Assembly (NCBI GenBank): GCA_046725875.1
Contig: JBKOZJ010000132.1
Span: 1-51,112 of the forward strand
DNA length: 51,112 nucleotides
Direction: 5' to 3'
From: Actinomycetota bacterium
Lineage (GTDB): Bacteria; Actinomycetota; Actinomycetes; JAKEEW01
Of the stretch, positions 21,882 through 31,332 are shown piece after piece (the stretch's first letter is position 1; each line of letters starts with the position of its first letter). A program made the position numbers and the translations under genes. A model generated the notes under the pieces. The model was not told where the DNA came from and did not search any database. It saw only the letters and a list, made by a program, of their open reading frames with translations.

Positions 21882-22640
21882 CTACTCCGGTGGGATCGAT
21901 GGAGGTATGGTCGCGCCGCGCGGCAGCACATCCGCCCGCCGAACGTCGGCTCGCTGGCGGGCGACCAGGCCTTCGGCGAGGAGCAGGTCCAGCGGCCTGG
22001 TCACCTTGAACGCGTACTCCGAGCCGGGCACCACGGTCACCGGAAGCCCAAGTCGCTCGACCAACCCCGCGTCGTCTGTTGCATCACCCTCCGCCTTGCC
22101 GTGCGCCTGTTCAAGGACGTCGCGCGCGAAGCCCTGCGGGGTTTGTACGGCGCGAAGCGAGGAACGATCGAGAGTCGACCGAACGAGGTCGTCCGTGCCC
22201 ACCTCCTTGACCGTGTCGACGACCGGAAGCACCGGCACAACGGCGCAGGCACCCCCGCGGATAGTCGCGACAACGGCATCGACGACGTCGGTCGGGACGA
22301 ACGGCCGGGCCGCGTCATGGACCAGGACAGCGTCGATATCGGCCGGCAGCGCCGCCAACGCACAAGCGACCGACTCCTGTCTGGTATCGCCGCCGGGCAC
22401 GATCTGGACGTCGGCGGTGAACTCGTGGCTGGTCAGCGCGGCTCGCACCTCCGGTAGCTCGGCCGGCGCCGCCGCGACGACGACGAGATCAACAAAGCTG
22501 GACCAGGCGAGCGCCTCGACCGCGTACAAGAACATCGGCACGCCGCCGATTGGCCGCAGCGCTTTGGCTGCCCCCGGCCCGAGGCGCTCCCCGCGCCCGG
22601 CTGCAGCCACGATCGCGCCGACCCGGCCGGACTGATCCAC
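21882..22640 (-). CDS. ispD: MEP cytidylyltransferase
   Basis: AAGRGERLG..K, GG.TRQES, VHDAARP, QTPQGF, TDD. Confidence 0.96.
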   Translation of the reverse strand: MDQSGRVGAIVAAAGRGERLGPGAAKALRPIGGVPMFLYAVEALAWSSFVDLVVVAAAPAELPEVRAALTSHEFTADVQIVPGGDTRQESVACALAALPADIDAVLVHDAARPFVPTDVVDAVVATIRGGACAVVPVLPVVDTVKEVGTDDLVRSTLDRSSLRAVQTPQGFARDVLEQAHGKAEGDATDDAGLVERLGLPVTVVPGSEYAFKVTRPLDLLLAEGLVARQRADVRRADVLPRGATIPPSIPPE

Positions 22641-22756
22641 GAAATGGAGACTAACGGCAGCCGACCGGCAACAGCGCAGCGAACCGGAATGGAGTCACAA
22701 GCAGGCCTGCTGGCCCGGGGAGCCGTTCAGCGCCGATGGCGCGGGGACTGGTTGCC

Positions 22757-23239
22757 CTAGGAGGCGAGAACCTCGTCGAGGATCGCCTCAGCCTTGTCTT
22801 CATTGGTGTTCTCGGCGAGCGCCAGCTCGCTGACGAGGATCTGTCGGGCCTTCGCAAGCATCCGCTTCTCTCCAGCGGAAAGGCCGCGCTCTCGCTCGCG
22901 GCGCCACAGATCGCGAACAACCTCGGCGACCTTGATCACATCACCGGACGCGAGCTTCTCAAGGTTGGCCTTGTAACGCCGCGACCAGTTCGTCGGCTCC
23001 TCGGTGTAGGGCATCCGCAAGACCTCGAAGACGCGGTCGAGGCCGTCCTGGCCAACCACGTCGCGGACACCGACGAGGTCGACGTTGTCTGCCGGTACGC
23101 GAACGGTGAGATCCCCCTGTGCGACCTTAAGGACCAAGTAGATTTTGTCCTGGCCTTTGATTGTGCGGGTCTCGATTGCCTCGATACGGGCAGCCCCGTG
23201 ATGCGGATAGACGACAGTCTCGCCGACCTTGAACACCAT
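22757..23239 (-). CDS. carD: RNA polymerase-binding transcription factor CarD
   Basis: [28 protein letters not shown]. Confidence 0.98.
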   Translation of the reverse strand: MVFKVGETVVYPHHGAARIEAIETRTIKGQDKIYLVLKVAQGDLTVRVPADNVDLVGVRDVVGQDGLDRVFEVLRMPYTEEPTNWSRRYKANLEKLASGDVIKVAEVVRDLWRRERERGLSAGEKRMLAKARQILVSELALAENTNEDKAEAILDEVLAS

Positions 23240-23434
23240 GTGTCAGTTACCCCTTCCGTCGACTACCAGGGTAACACGCGGCCGTTCCGGCCCTATCTGT
23301 GTTTGTCCTGGTCAGCCGGGAAATCGACCCATGGCGGGGGTTGACAAACGACTCCACCGGGTGCATAGGCGGGAATCCGTCAACCCCCCAATGGGTGCAG
23401 GCGTGAATGCCAAGAAAAAGAACATACTGGTTGC

Positions 23435-24199
23435 GTGGGTGCGCAGGGCCGCAGTGGATCTGGCCGGGACGATGGACGTTTCGACGACCTGCCCCAGGTC
23501 AACGTTGTGGTCCCTGATGACGCGAGCGAACTCGACACGGATGTTCGCGCCTACCATCGTGAGCGCCGTCGAGCCGGGGACCGCAGCATCCTTGCGAAGA
23601 TCTTCCTGACCAAACGATGGCGGCGGTTCGGCCTTTCCGGCCCGATTGTGATCGCGATCCTGCTCCTCGTCGGGCTGGTCGCGAGCATGCTGGCAATCCT
23701 CGGACCCGACCAAGGCCGGTCGACTCAGCGGAGCCTGCCACTCTCTCAGCGGTCCGGACAGCGGATCGGTGAGACCGGCGGGCTGCTTCCCCCCACTGAA
23801 TTGGCGATGGCCGGCCGCCGGCTGAACAGCCGGGAACTTCGCCCGGCCGTGATCGTCCTGCTTCCTTCTTCCTGTGCGTGCCTGCCGCTGCTCGAGAACG
23901 TCTTCCGGCAGGTCAATGAATACGGCCACCGAATGTACGTGGTCGGCAGTGAGGCCATGACGGCCGAGCTGGTGCAGACCACGAAGGAGATCGGCAACGG
24001 CACAAGTGTTGTCGCCGTTGATCTGCACGGGACGCTCGCAGCCACCTATGCGGCTCGAGGCGTCACACTGCTGCTTGTCCACGCCGACGGCGTGGTCGGC
24101 TCCGTAATCCGTGACGTGCCGCCGGAGATCAGGCTGGAGCCACAGCTTGCCCGCCTAAGCTCGGCCGGCGCGCCGCCCTTGGTCACTTCGACACGGTGA
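23435..24199 (+). CDS. Hypothetical membrane-anchored protein with degenerate thioredoxin-like domain
   Basis: VPDDASEL N-terminus, one TM helix, CAC motif, LVHADG; GTGA coupling to the UbiA gene. Confidence 0.72.
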   Translation: MGAQGRSGSGRDDGRFDDLPQVNVVVPDDASELDTDVRAYHRERRRAGDRSILAKIFLTKRWRRFGLSGPIVIAILLLVGLVASMLAILGPDQGRSTQRSLPLSQRSGQRIGETGGLLPPTELAMAGRRLNSRELRPAVIVLLPSSCACLPLLENVFRQVNEYGHRMYVVGSEAMTAELVQTTKEIGNGTSVVAVDLHGTLAATYAARGVTLLLVHADGVVGSVIRDVPPEIRLEPQLARLSSAGAPPLVTSTR

Positions 24200-25095
24200 C
24201 GGCCGACTCGCGGGAGCGTCACTCGGGGGAGCTCCGGGACGGGGAATCCGGCCGACGCCGGTCGGTCTGGCGCGGGCTTGTCTTGGCCTGCCATCCGCTG
24301 CCGTCCGCCGCGGTCACCGCGGTGGCAACCGCATTTGCCGCAGCCGCCGGCCGCGGGACCGCCGGCTCCGGACTCGTGGCTGTCACCGTGCTTGCCAGCC
24401 AGCTCTCGATCGGCTGGGAGAACGACTACCTTGATCGCGATCGTGACCTGCGCTCCGGCCGACGCGACAAACCCATCCCGACCGGGATGGTGAGCGCCGG
24501 CTCGGTGGCGATCGCCGCCGTGGCCGCGACCGTGGTGATGATCGGATCGCTGCCGCTACACGGATGGCGGGCCGCCGGAGTCGGCCTCGTAGCGTGGCTG
24601 TCGGCGGAGCAATACAACCGCTGGGTAAAAAAGACCCGTGCGTCGTTGTTGCCGTACACCATCAGCTTTGGACTTCTGCCGTCTTTCGTCCTGCTCGGCG
24701 GGAGCCCCGGCGAGTGGGCGCCTGGCTGGCTAACTGCGGCGGCGGCGTTGCTCGGTGCGGGCGCGCACTTCGCGAACGTCCTGCCGGACATCGGCGATGA
24801 CCTCGCCACCGGCGTGCGTGGACTGCCGCAAGGGCTTGGCCAGATGCGCAGCGCGGCGCTGTCCGTGACCCTGCTCGCGGCCGCTTCGGCGCTGCTTGTC
24901 CTTGGACCGGGTGACACGGTCGGGCCGAGTGCCGTCGTCGCTGCGGTCGCCGTCCTGGTCGGCACAGCCGGGATGGTCGTCGGTTTGAAGCGCGCACGCG
25001 CCGGCCAGCGGTCAACGGCGCCGTTCGTCGCGGCCATTGGCATTGCCCTTGTCGACGTCGTGCTCTTCCTGCTGTCGGGCAGCCGGGTGACCTGA
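24196..25095 (+). CDS. UbiA family prenyltransferase
   Basis: NDYLDRDRD..GR.DKPIP and NVLPDIGDD Asp-rich motifs, multiple TM helices. Confidence 0.9.
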   Translation: MTADSRERHSGELRDGESGRRRSVWRGLVLACHPLPSAAVTAVATAFAAAAGRGTAGSGLVAVTVLASQLSIGWENDYLDRDRDLRSGRRDKPIPTGMVSAGSVAIAAVAATVVMIGSLPLHGWRAAGVGLVAWLSAEQYNRWVKKTRASLLPYTISFGLLPSFVLLGGSPGEWAPGWLTAAAALLGAGAHFANVLPDIGDDLATGVRGLPQGLGQMRSAALSVTLLAAASALLVLGPGDTVGPSAVVAAVAVLVGTAGMVVGLKRARAGQRSTAPFVAAIGIALVDVVLFLLSGSRVT

Positions 25096-25207
25096 GCGGA
25101 CCCGGTGCGGCCCGGCAGATCATCCTCGCTACGCTGGGCCACCAGCAGATCCGCGGACCAGGTACGGTCCGGAGCCTCAGCCATGCCGTTCTGGGGAGCG
25201 TGCCGCT

Positions 25208-25792
25208 GTGAACCGTCGCACCCACCGCGCGGCCATCGCGCTGGCCGCACTTGCCGCATCGGCCATGCTCGCTGCCTGCGGCGTCGGCTTCGATACCGCC
25301 ACCGAAGAGGTTCAGCCCGAATATCCGAGCGGTGACGTCGGGCCGATGCTCGTACGCTCGTTGATGCTCATCCAGAAGGAGGGCGGCGGACCGGCATCGG
25401 CCGTGGCGACCCTGGTCAACACGAGCGACCAATCGGATACCCTCAGCTCCCTTCAGATCGCGCCACCGGCGACTCCCGGCGTAACGCCATCCCCCAGTCC
25501 CACCCCTTTGGATGTGCAAGCGTCGGTGTCGGTACCCCCGCGCGGCACTGTGCATCTAGGCGCTCAGGATCAGCCGACCGTGGTAATCGACGGTCTCGAC
25601 CGGCTTGCCGCCCCAGGCCAGCTCGTGCCGGTGACGCTGATCTTCGACAGTGCGGGCCGGCTGACCCTCGACGTCGTGGTGGAGTCGGGCACCGGCGCAT
25701 TCGCGTCGTTCGCTCCCACGGTCGAACCGACGCCAACCAACGGCGGCACGATCCTCCCAAGCAGCACGCCAACCGCGAGCTCGACCGGCTGA
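25208..25792 (+). CDS. Lipoprotein (LpqE-like)
   Basis: Signal peptide with LAAC lipobox; usual position between carD and regX3. Confidence 0.8.
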   Translation: MNRRTHRAAIALAALAASAMLAACGVGFDTATEEVQPEYPSGDVGPMLVRSLMLIQKEGGGPASAVATLVNTSDQSDTLSSLQIAPPATPGVTPSPSPTPLDVQASVSVPPRGTVHLGAQDQPTVVIDGLDRLAAPGQLVPVTLIFDSAGRLTLDVVVESGTGAFASFAPTVEPTPTNGGTILPSSTPTASSTG

Positions 25793-25851
25793 CGACAGTC
25801 GCTGTGATCACCCGGCTGGCCGATGGGCCCGCGCCGGATCGGTCCTGATTG

Positions 25852-26532
25852 TTAGGGCTCGAACTTGTAGCCAAGTCCGCGCACCGTGACGATGTAGCGC
25901 GGCGCGCCCGGGTCTGGCTCGATCTTGGCACGGAGCCGTTTGATATGTACGTCGAGCGTCTTGGTGTCGCCCACGTAGTCACTGCCCCAGACCCGGTCGA
26001 TGAGCTGCCACCTGGTCAACACCCGGCCGGCGTTGCGCAGCAGCAGCTCGAGCAGCTCGAACTCTTTCAACGGCAGCTGCACGGGCGCGCCGGAGACGGT
26101 GACGACGTGCCGGTCCACATCCATCCGCACCGGGCCGGCCTCGAGGGTCGTGCTGACAAGCTCCTCCGGCTCCCCGCGACGCCGCAGGACCGCGCGAATG
26201 CGGGCGACCAGCTCTCTGGAAGAGAACGGCTTGGTCACGTAGTCGTCGGCGCCCAGCTCCAGGCCCACCACCTTGTCGACTTCGCTGTCCTTGGCCGTCA
26301 ACATGATCACCGGGACGTTGGAGCGCTGCCGCAGCTGGCGGCACACTTCGGTCCCCGGGAGGCCGGGCAACATCAGATCGAGGAGTACGAGATCAGCGCC
26401 GGTGCGGTCCATCTCATCGAGCGCGGCCGGTCCGGTGTTGGCGATCGCCACCTCGAAGCCTTCCTTGCGAAGCATGTACGACAGCGCGTCGGTGATCGAC
26501 TCCTCGTCCTCGACGACAAGCAAGCGGGTCAA
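25852..26532 (-). CDS. regX3: OmpR-family phosphate response regulator RegX3/PhoP
   Basis: VVEDE, LDLMLP, GADDYVTKPFS, TLDVHIKRLR; TTG start after AGGAGG. Confidence 0.96.
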   Translation of the reverse strand: MTRLLVVEDEESITDALSYMLRKEGFEVAIANTGPAALDEMDRTGADLVLLDLMLPGLPGTEVCRQLRQRSNVPVIMLTAKDSEVDKVVGLELGADDYVTKPFSSRELVARIRAVLRRRGEPEELVSTTLEAGPVRMDVDRHVVTVSGAPVQLPLKEFELLELLLRNAGRVLTRWQLIDRVWGSDYVGDTKTLDVHIKRLRAKIEPDPGAPRYIVTVRGLGYKFEP

Positions 26533-27737
26533 GTGTGATCCTCCTGAATCGATGCTTCCGTGCTCGGCCGTGGGCCAGCGGCGATGGCGTTCGCCGCCAA
26601 CGTTGCCCCGCCGGCGTCCTTCAGCAACGGCAGCCGCACGGTGAACGTCGATCCCGAACCCTCCACGCTCCACACTCGAACCTCGCCGCCGTGATTCTGC
26701 ACCACATGCTTGACGATCGACAGGCCGAGCCCGGTCCCCCCGGTTGCCCGCGACCTCGCCGGGTCCACGCGGTAGAAGCGCTCGAAGATTCGATCGCGAT
26801 CCTGCTCCGGGATGCCGATGCCCTGGTCGGTGACGGAGATCTCGACCAGATCGTCGGACCGGCTCACCCCGATCGCCACCCGGGTCTCCGCTGCGCTGTA
26901 GTTGACCGCGTTCTCCACCAGGTTGCCAACCGCGGTGACAAGCTGCGGCTCGTCGCCGAGCACCTTGAGGCCCTGCTCGCCGCCGGTCACGATCTCGATG
27001 TCCTTGACCGCCGCGATCGCTCGGGTTCGCTCCGCCGCAGCGGGTACGACATCGTCGATGAGCACAGCGTCGGCCGCTCGGTCGGGATCGGGCGCCTGCA
27101 GCCGGGAGAGATCGATCAGCTCCTGGATGAGCTTGGTCAGCCGGCTCGACTCCGTGGCCATCCGCTCGGCGAATCGCCGAACCTCGGCGGGGTCATCGGA
27201 CGCCGACTGTACGGCTTCGGCCAGCAATGTGAGGGCACCGACCGGCGTCTTGAGCTCGTGACTCACGTTCGCGACGAAGTCGCGGCGGACCGCCTCGATC
27301 TTGCGGGCCTCGGTCCGATCTTCAATGAGGACCAGGACGAGCCGGGCGCCAAGGGCAGCGACCCGCGCCGATACCGTGAGCCGCTCGTCTCCAAGCCGGC
27401 CGCGCGGGATGTGAAGCTCTGCCTCCCTGATCTCGCCGTCTCGGCGCACCTGTCTAGCCAGCCGCAGCAGGGTGCCGACCTCCAGCCGGTTACCGGATAC
27501 CAGTCCCATCGCGTGCGCGGCAGAACTGGCCTTCACCACCGTGTCGTGCTCGTCCAGCACGACCGCCGACGAACGGAGGGCGGACAGGACCTGGCCGACA
27601 CCGGCCGGAAGCATCGGCTCGGGCGCGGGCGGGGTTGCCGGCTCACGCCTGGAGAAACGGAAGGCGAGACCGACCGCAAACCCGGCCAAGACACCAGCTA
27701 TTGCGGCTACAGCACCGGCGACGATGACCGGGTCCAC
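26529..27737 (-). CDS. senX3: Sensor histidine kinase SenX3/PhoR
   Basis: FVANVSHELKTP, NLVENA, DQGIGI, FERFYR, GTGLGL; TACGAT-N7-GTG start. Confidence 0.95.
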   Translation of the reverse strand: MDPVIVAGAVAAIAGVLAGFAVGLAFRFSRREPATPPAPEPMLPAGVGQVLSALRSSAVVLDEHDTVVKASSAAHAMGLVSGNRLEVGTLLRLARQVRRDGEIREAELHIPRGRLGDERLTVSARVAALGARLVLVLIEDRTEARKIEAVRRDFVANVSHELKTPVGALTLLAEAVQSASDDPAEVRRFAERMATESSRLTKLIQELIDLSRLQAPDPDRAADAVLIDDVVPAAAERTRAIAAVKDIEIVTGGEQGLKVLGDEPQLVTAVGNLVENAVNYSAAETRVAIGVSRSDDLVEISVTDQGIGIPEQDRDRIFERFYRVDPARSRATGGTGLGLSIVKHVVQNHGGEVRVWSVEGSGSTFTVRLPLLKDAGGATLAANAIAAGPRPSTEASIQEDHT

Positions 27738-27788
27738 GCCTTCGATCGTAAGTGGCGTCATTCCGGGTAGGTGCATCCACAGCCGCTC

Positions 27789-27908
27789 GCGCGGTGAATC
27801 ATCCGTGAATGTTCACCTTCCGGACGGTATCGCTTCACCTGAACTGCTGCTGCCCGCTTGCCGGAGCCCGTACTGTCACCAACCGACCCGATGCCAAGTT
27901 CACCCGAA
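27789..27908. promoter_or_regulatory. PHO-box-like (G/A/C)TTCAC repeats in the divergent senX3-phoU region
   Basis: Minus-strand ATTCAC twice, 11 nt apart (27789-27810); plus-strand GTTCACC 27811, CTTCACC 27833 (22 nt apart), GTTCACC 27898. Confidence 0.7.
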
Positions 27909-28007
27909 ATCGAGACAGCCGTGCCCGCCCATCCGGCGCTGGCGGGGAGAATACTTGCAGGCCATCCGAGCTGAGCCCGAGCGACGTACAAAGATCCGAG
28001 GAGCCGC

Positions 28008-28700
28008 ATGCGCGACCATTACCACGAGGAGCTCGACGCGATCAGCGATCAGCTCGTGGAGATGACCAGGCTGGCCGGCTCCGCGATGTCCAGGGCGACG
28101 ACGTCCCTGCTCGACGCGGATCTCAAGCTGGCCGAATCGGTGATCCAGGCCGACAAACAGATCGACGACCTTCGGCACGACTTGGAGAATCGGGCGTTCG
28201 ACCTGCTCGCCAGGCAGCAGCCGGTCGCGACAGATCTGCGCACCATCGTGACCGGCCTGCGGATGAGCGCCGATCTCGAGCGGATGGGCGACCTCGCCCT
28301 ACACGTGGCGCAGGTGGCCCGGCGCCGCTACCCGTCCTCGGCGATACCCGCCGACCTGCGAGCAACCGTTCTGCAGATGGGGCAGGTGGCCGAGCGCATC
28401 GTAGCGAAGGCCGGGAGTGTGATCGCGTCGAAGGATGTGACCACGGCCCTTGAGTTCGAGCACGACGACGACCGGATGGATCTGCTCCACGGTGAGCTGC
28501 TACGGCGGATCCTCCGGAAGGATTGGGAGCACGGGATCGAGGCCGCGGTCGATGCCACGCTCTGCGGTCGCTACTATGAGCGATTCGCCGATCATGCGGT
28601 CTCCGTCGCCCGCCGGGTGATCTTCCTGGCCACCGGCGAATATGCCACACCCGAGCAGGAGGCAGCCGCGGCCCGAACGCTCGGCGCGGCGACTGAATAA
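28008..28700 (+). CDS. phoU: Phosphate signalling protein PhoU
   Basis: RQQPVATDLR, DLERMGD, YYERFADHAV. Confidence 0.96.
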   Translation: MRDHYHEELDAISDQLVEMTRLAGSAMSRATTSLLDADLKLAESVIQADKQIDDLRHDLENRAFDLLARQQPVATDLRTIVTGLRMSADLERMGDLALHVAQVARRRYPSSAIPADLRATVLQMGQVAERIVAKAGSVIASKDVTTALEFEHDDDRMDLLHGELLRRILRKDWEHGIEAAVDATLCGRYYERFADHAVSVARRVIFLATGEYATPEQEAAAARTLGAATE

Positions 28701-28718
28701 GAGGCGACCGAATAAGAG
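28689..28718. repeat. 15-bp tandem duplication spanning the phoU stop codon
   Basis: GCGACTGAATAAGAG / GCGACCGAATAAGAG. Confidence 0.8.
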
Positions 28719-28721
28719 CGG

Positions 28722-29507
28722 TCAGCGACCCTGGTTCCGTACGGCCTCGATCGCCTCGGCCGCAGCCTCCGGGTCGAGATACTCCCCGCCGCGGCTGGTT
28801 GGGCGCATGTCGGGATCCAGCTGATACAGGAGCGGAATGCCGGTCGGGATGTTGAGCGCCGGGATGTCCTTGTCCGAGATTTCGTCGAGATGCTTGACAA
28901 GGGCGCGCAGCGAGTTGCCATGCGCGGCGACCAGGACCACCTGTCCGGTACGCAGGTCCGGCACGATCGCGTCGTACCAGTAGGGGAGCATGCGGACCAC
29001 CACGTCGGCCAGGCACTCGGTCCGTGGCCGGGCGTCCGGGGGCAGGTTCGCGTATCGAACGTCTCCGAACTGCGAGAACTCGTCGGCTTCGGTCAGCGGC
29101 GGCGGCGGGACGTCATACGAGCGCCGCCAGAGCATGAACTGCTCTTCGCCGAACTGCTCCAGCGTCTGGGCCTTGTTCTTGCCTTGAAGCGCACCGTAAT
29201 GACGCTCGTTCAGCCGCCAGGACCGGCGGACCGGGATCCAGTGCCGGTCACAGCGGTTGAGAGCGATGTCGGCGGTGCGGGTCGCGCGTCTTAGCACCGA
29301 GGTATGGACGACATCGGGCAACAAGCCGCGCTCGGTCAGCAGGTCGCCACCACGAGTCGCCTCGGCCTCACCCTTTGGCGACAGGTCGACGTCCACCCAC
29401 CCCGTGAAGAGGTTCTTGGCGTTCCATTCGCTTTCACCGTGCCGGAGCAGGACGAGTTTGTACGGGAATTGCGCACCGCGAACAGTCCCATAGCCGGCCG
29501 CCGTCAT
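28722..29507 (-). CDS. gpmA: 2,3-bisphosphoglycerate-dependent phosphoglycerate mutase
   Basis: LRHGES.WN..NLFTGW, NERHYG, AHGNSLR. Confidence 0.97.
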   Translation of the reverse strand: MTAAGYGTVRGAQFPYKLVLLRHGESEWNAKNLFTGWVDVDLSPKGEAEATRGGDLLTERGLLPDVVHTSVLRRATRTADIALNRCDRHWIPVRRSWRLNERHYGALQGKNKAQTLEQFGEEQFMLWRRSYDVPPPPLTEADEFSQFGDVRYANLPPDARPRTECLADVVVRMLPYWYDAIVPDLRTGQVVLVAAHGNSLRALVKHLDEISDKDIPALNIPTGIPLLYQLDPDMRPTSRGGEYLDPEAAAEAIEAVRNQGR

Positions 29508-29654
29508 GCCCCGAGCGTATCTAGCGCCGGCGAACGGAGCCGGTGACTGGCCGCGCCCGTGGTCCTAGGCCGGAAAACCGATGGCGCTCAAAGATAATTC
29601 TCGGTAAGGTACCGACTGGCTAGGTGCCTCTTACATCTTGGATCGGGAGGTCAG

Positions 29655-30920
29655 GTGCGGACGGCGCGCAGGCTCTGGCAAGAGACGATGGGCGGCCTCC
29701 CACGGACGTTCTGGTGGATCTGGACCGGCACCCTGGTCAACCGGCTCGGCAGCTTCGTCGTCCCGTTCCTCGCGCTTTACCTGACCGCCGCGCAGGGTTA
29801 CTCGATCGCCTTCGCCGGTCTAGTGGCGACGCTCTACGGCCTCGGCAGCGCAGCGTCGACCATCGTCGCCGGCATCCTGGCCGACCGGATCGGGCGCAAG
29901 CCGACACTTCTCGGGGCGCTGCTGTCTTCGACTGCCGCGATGCTCGCGCTCGGTGTGTCGCATGGACCGGTATCGATTGCGGCCACGGCCGCGCTCCTGG
30001 GTTTCACGAGCAACGCGGCAAGGCCCGCGAGCGGGGCATTGATCGCCGATGTGGTGGCGCCGGCGGATCGGGTCCGCGCTTATGGGCTGAACTACTGGGC
30101 GATCAACCTCGGCTTCGCGTTCGCTTCCGTGGTCGCAGGTGTCGTCGCGACATACAGCTACTTCGTTCTCTTTCTCATCGATGCGGCGACAACGCTTGCG
30201 ATGGCCGTGCTGATCGCCGCCTTCGTCCGGGAGCCAGATCGGCCGGCTCCAGTCGCGGCGACTGGCGGCGGCACATCCCCAGGAATGGGCTTCGTACTGC
30301 GGGACCGGCCCTTCATCGTCTTTGTCGGCTTGTCTTTCCTGGTGGCCCTGCTGTACATGCAAGCGACGGTCACGCTGCCCCTGTCGATGACCGACGCTGG
30401 GCTGTCGCCTGCCGTTTATGGCAGTGTCGCGGCCGTCAACGGGATCCTCATCGTTCTGGCCCAGTTGCCGATCGGGCGGCTGGTACGGGAGTGGCAGCCG
30501 ACAACGGTCCTTGCCCTAGCAGCTGGGGTCACCGGTAGCGGTTTCGGCTTGACCGCGGTCGCCGGAAGTGCGGCAATGTTCGCCGCCACGGTCGTGGTCT
30601 GGACGATCGGCGAGATTCTCCACGCGCCGACGTCGAATGCCGTGGTGGCCAACATGGCGCCTGCCGCACTGCGCGGTCGCTACCAGGGGATGTACGCGCT
30701 GTCCTGGCAGGGTGCGGCATTCCTGGCGCCGATCGCTGGCGGGGTGGTCTACGAGCAGCTGGGCGACACCGCACTTTGGCTGGCTTGTGGAGTCGTCGGC
30801 GCCCTCGCCGCGGGTGGCCAGCTAGCCCTCCGGCCCGCGGACCCCCGCCGTGAGTCGGCCCACGTCAAGCCGGTGATTCCCAGGCAGGCGACCACTGCCG
30901 CAACAGCCCGGACCGAATAA
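29655..30920 (+). CDS. MDR-type MFS transporter
   Basis: GILADRIGRK motif A, about 12 TM helices, GGAGG RBS. Confidence 0.92.
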   Translation: MRTARRLWQETMGGLPRTFWWIWTGTLVNRLGSFVVPFLALYLTAAQGYSIAFAGLVATLYGLGSAASTIVAGILADRIGRKPTLLGALLSSTAAMLALGVSHGPVSIAATAALLGFTSNAARPASGALIADVVAPADRVRAYGLNYWAINLGFAFASVVAGVVATYSYFVLFLIDAATTLAMAVLIAAFVREPDRPAPVAATGGGTSPGMGFVLRDRPFIVFVGLSFLVALLYMQATVTLPLSMTDAGLSPAVYGSVAAVNGILIVLAQLPIGRLVREWQPTTVLALAAGVTGSGFGLTAVAGSAAMFAATVVVWTIGEILHAPTSNAVVANMAPAALRGRYQGMYALSWQGAAFLAPIAGGVVYEQLGDTALWLACGVVGALAAGGQLALRPADPRRESAHVKPVIPRQATTAATARTE

Positions 30921-30960
30921 CGCCCAGCGCGGGACCGCCGCTCCTCCAGCCCAAAGCAGG

Positions 30961-31100
30961 AACGGTGGACAATGGCCTAGAAAATCAGGGTGGATTCGAA
31001 GATCAAAGGACTGTCACCTTGACGAATCTGGCCTCGCAGTCGATGTGTGTCCACTTATCTTCGAATCCGCTGATCATCTTCGAGCTCACAGTCCACTGTT
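30961..31100. repeat. 140-bp element with long imperfect terminal inverted repeats (MITE-like or long hairpin)
   Basis: AACGGTGGAC/GTCCACTGTT ends; perfect inner pair GGATTCGAAGAT/ATCTTCGAATCC. Confidence 0.65.
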
Positions 31101-31332
31101 ACGGCCGCAGCCACCGGCTGATCCGACAGAACCAGGACGATCGCGCGGCCGTCGTCGCGCACCCCGCCGACGGCGTGGTCGGGGGTCTGGCCGCTGGGCG
31201 CAGCTCCTCTCGAAGTGCTACTCGCGTGGCCCATCGGCCGCCGGTTCGGCGCTGGTCCTGGTCGCCTCTCGTAGGCAGTGCTCGTGCGAGCGTTGCCCAG
31301 CTGGCGCAGACCCTCGTGCTGGGGTTTGCGCG

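Noticed and set aside
31057..31075. TTCGAATCC resembling a tRNA T-loop
   Set aside because: No cloverleaf, D-arm or acceptor stem; explained as one arm of the inverted-repeat element
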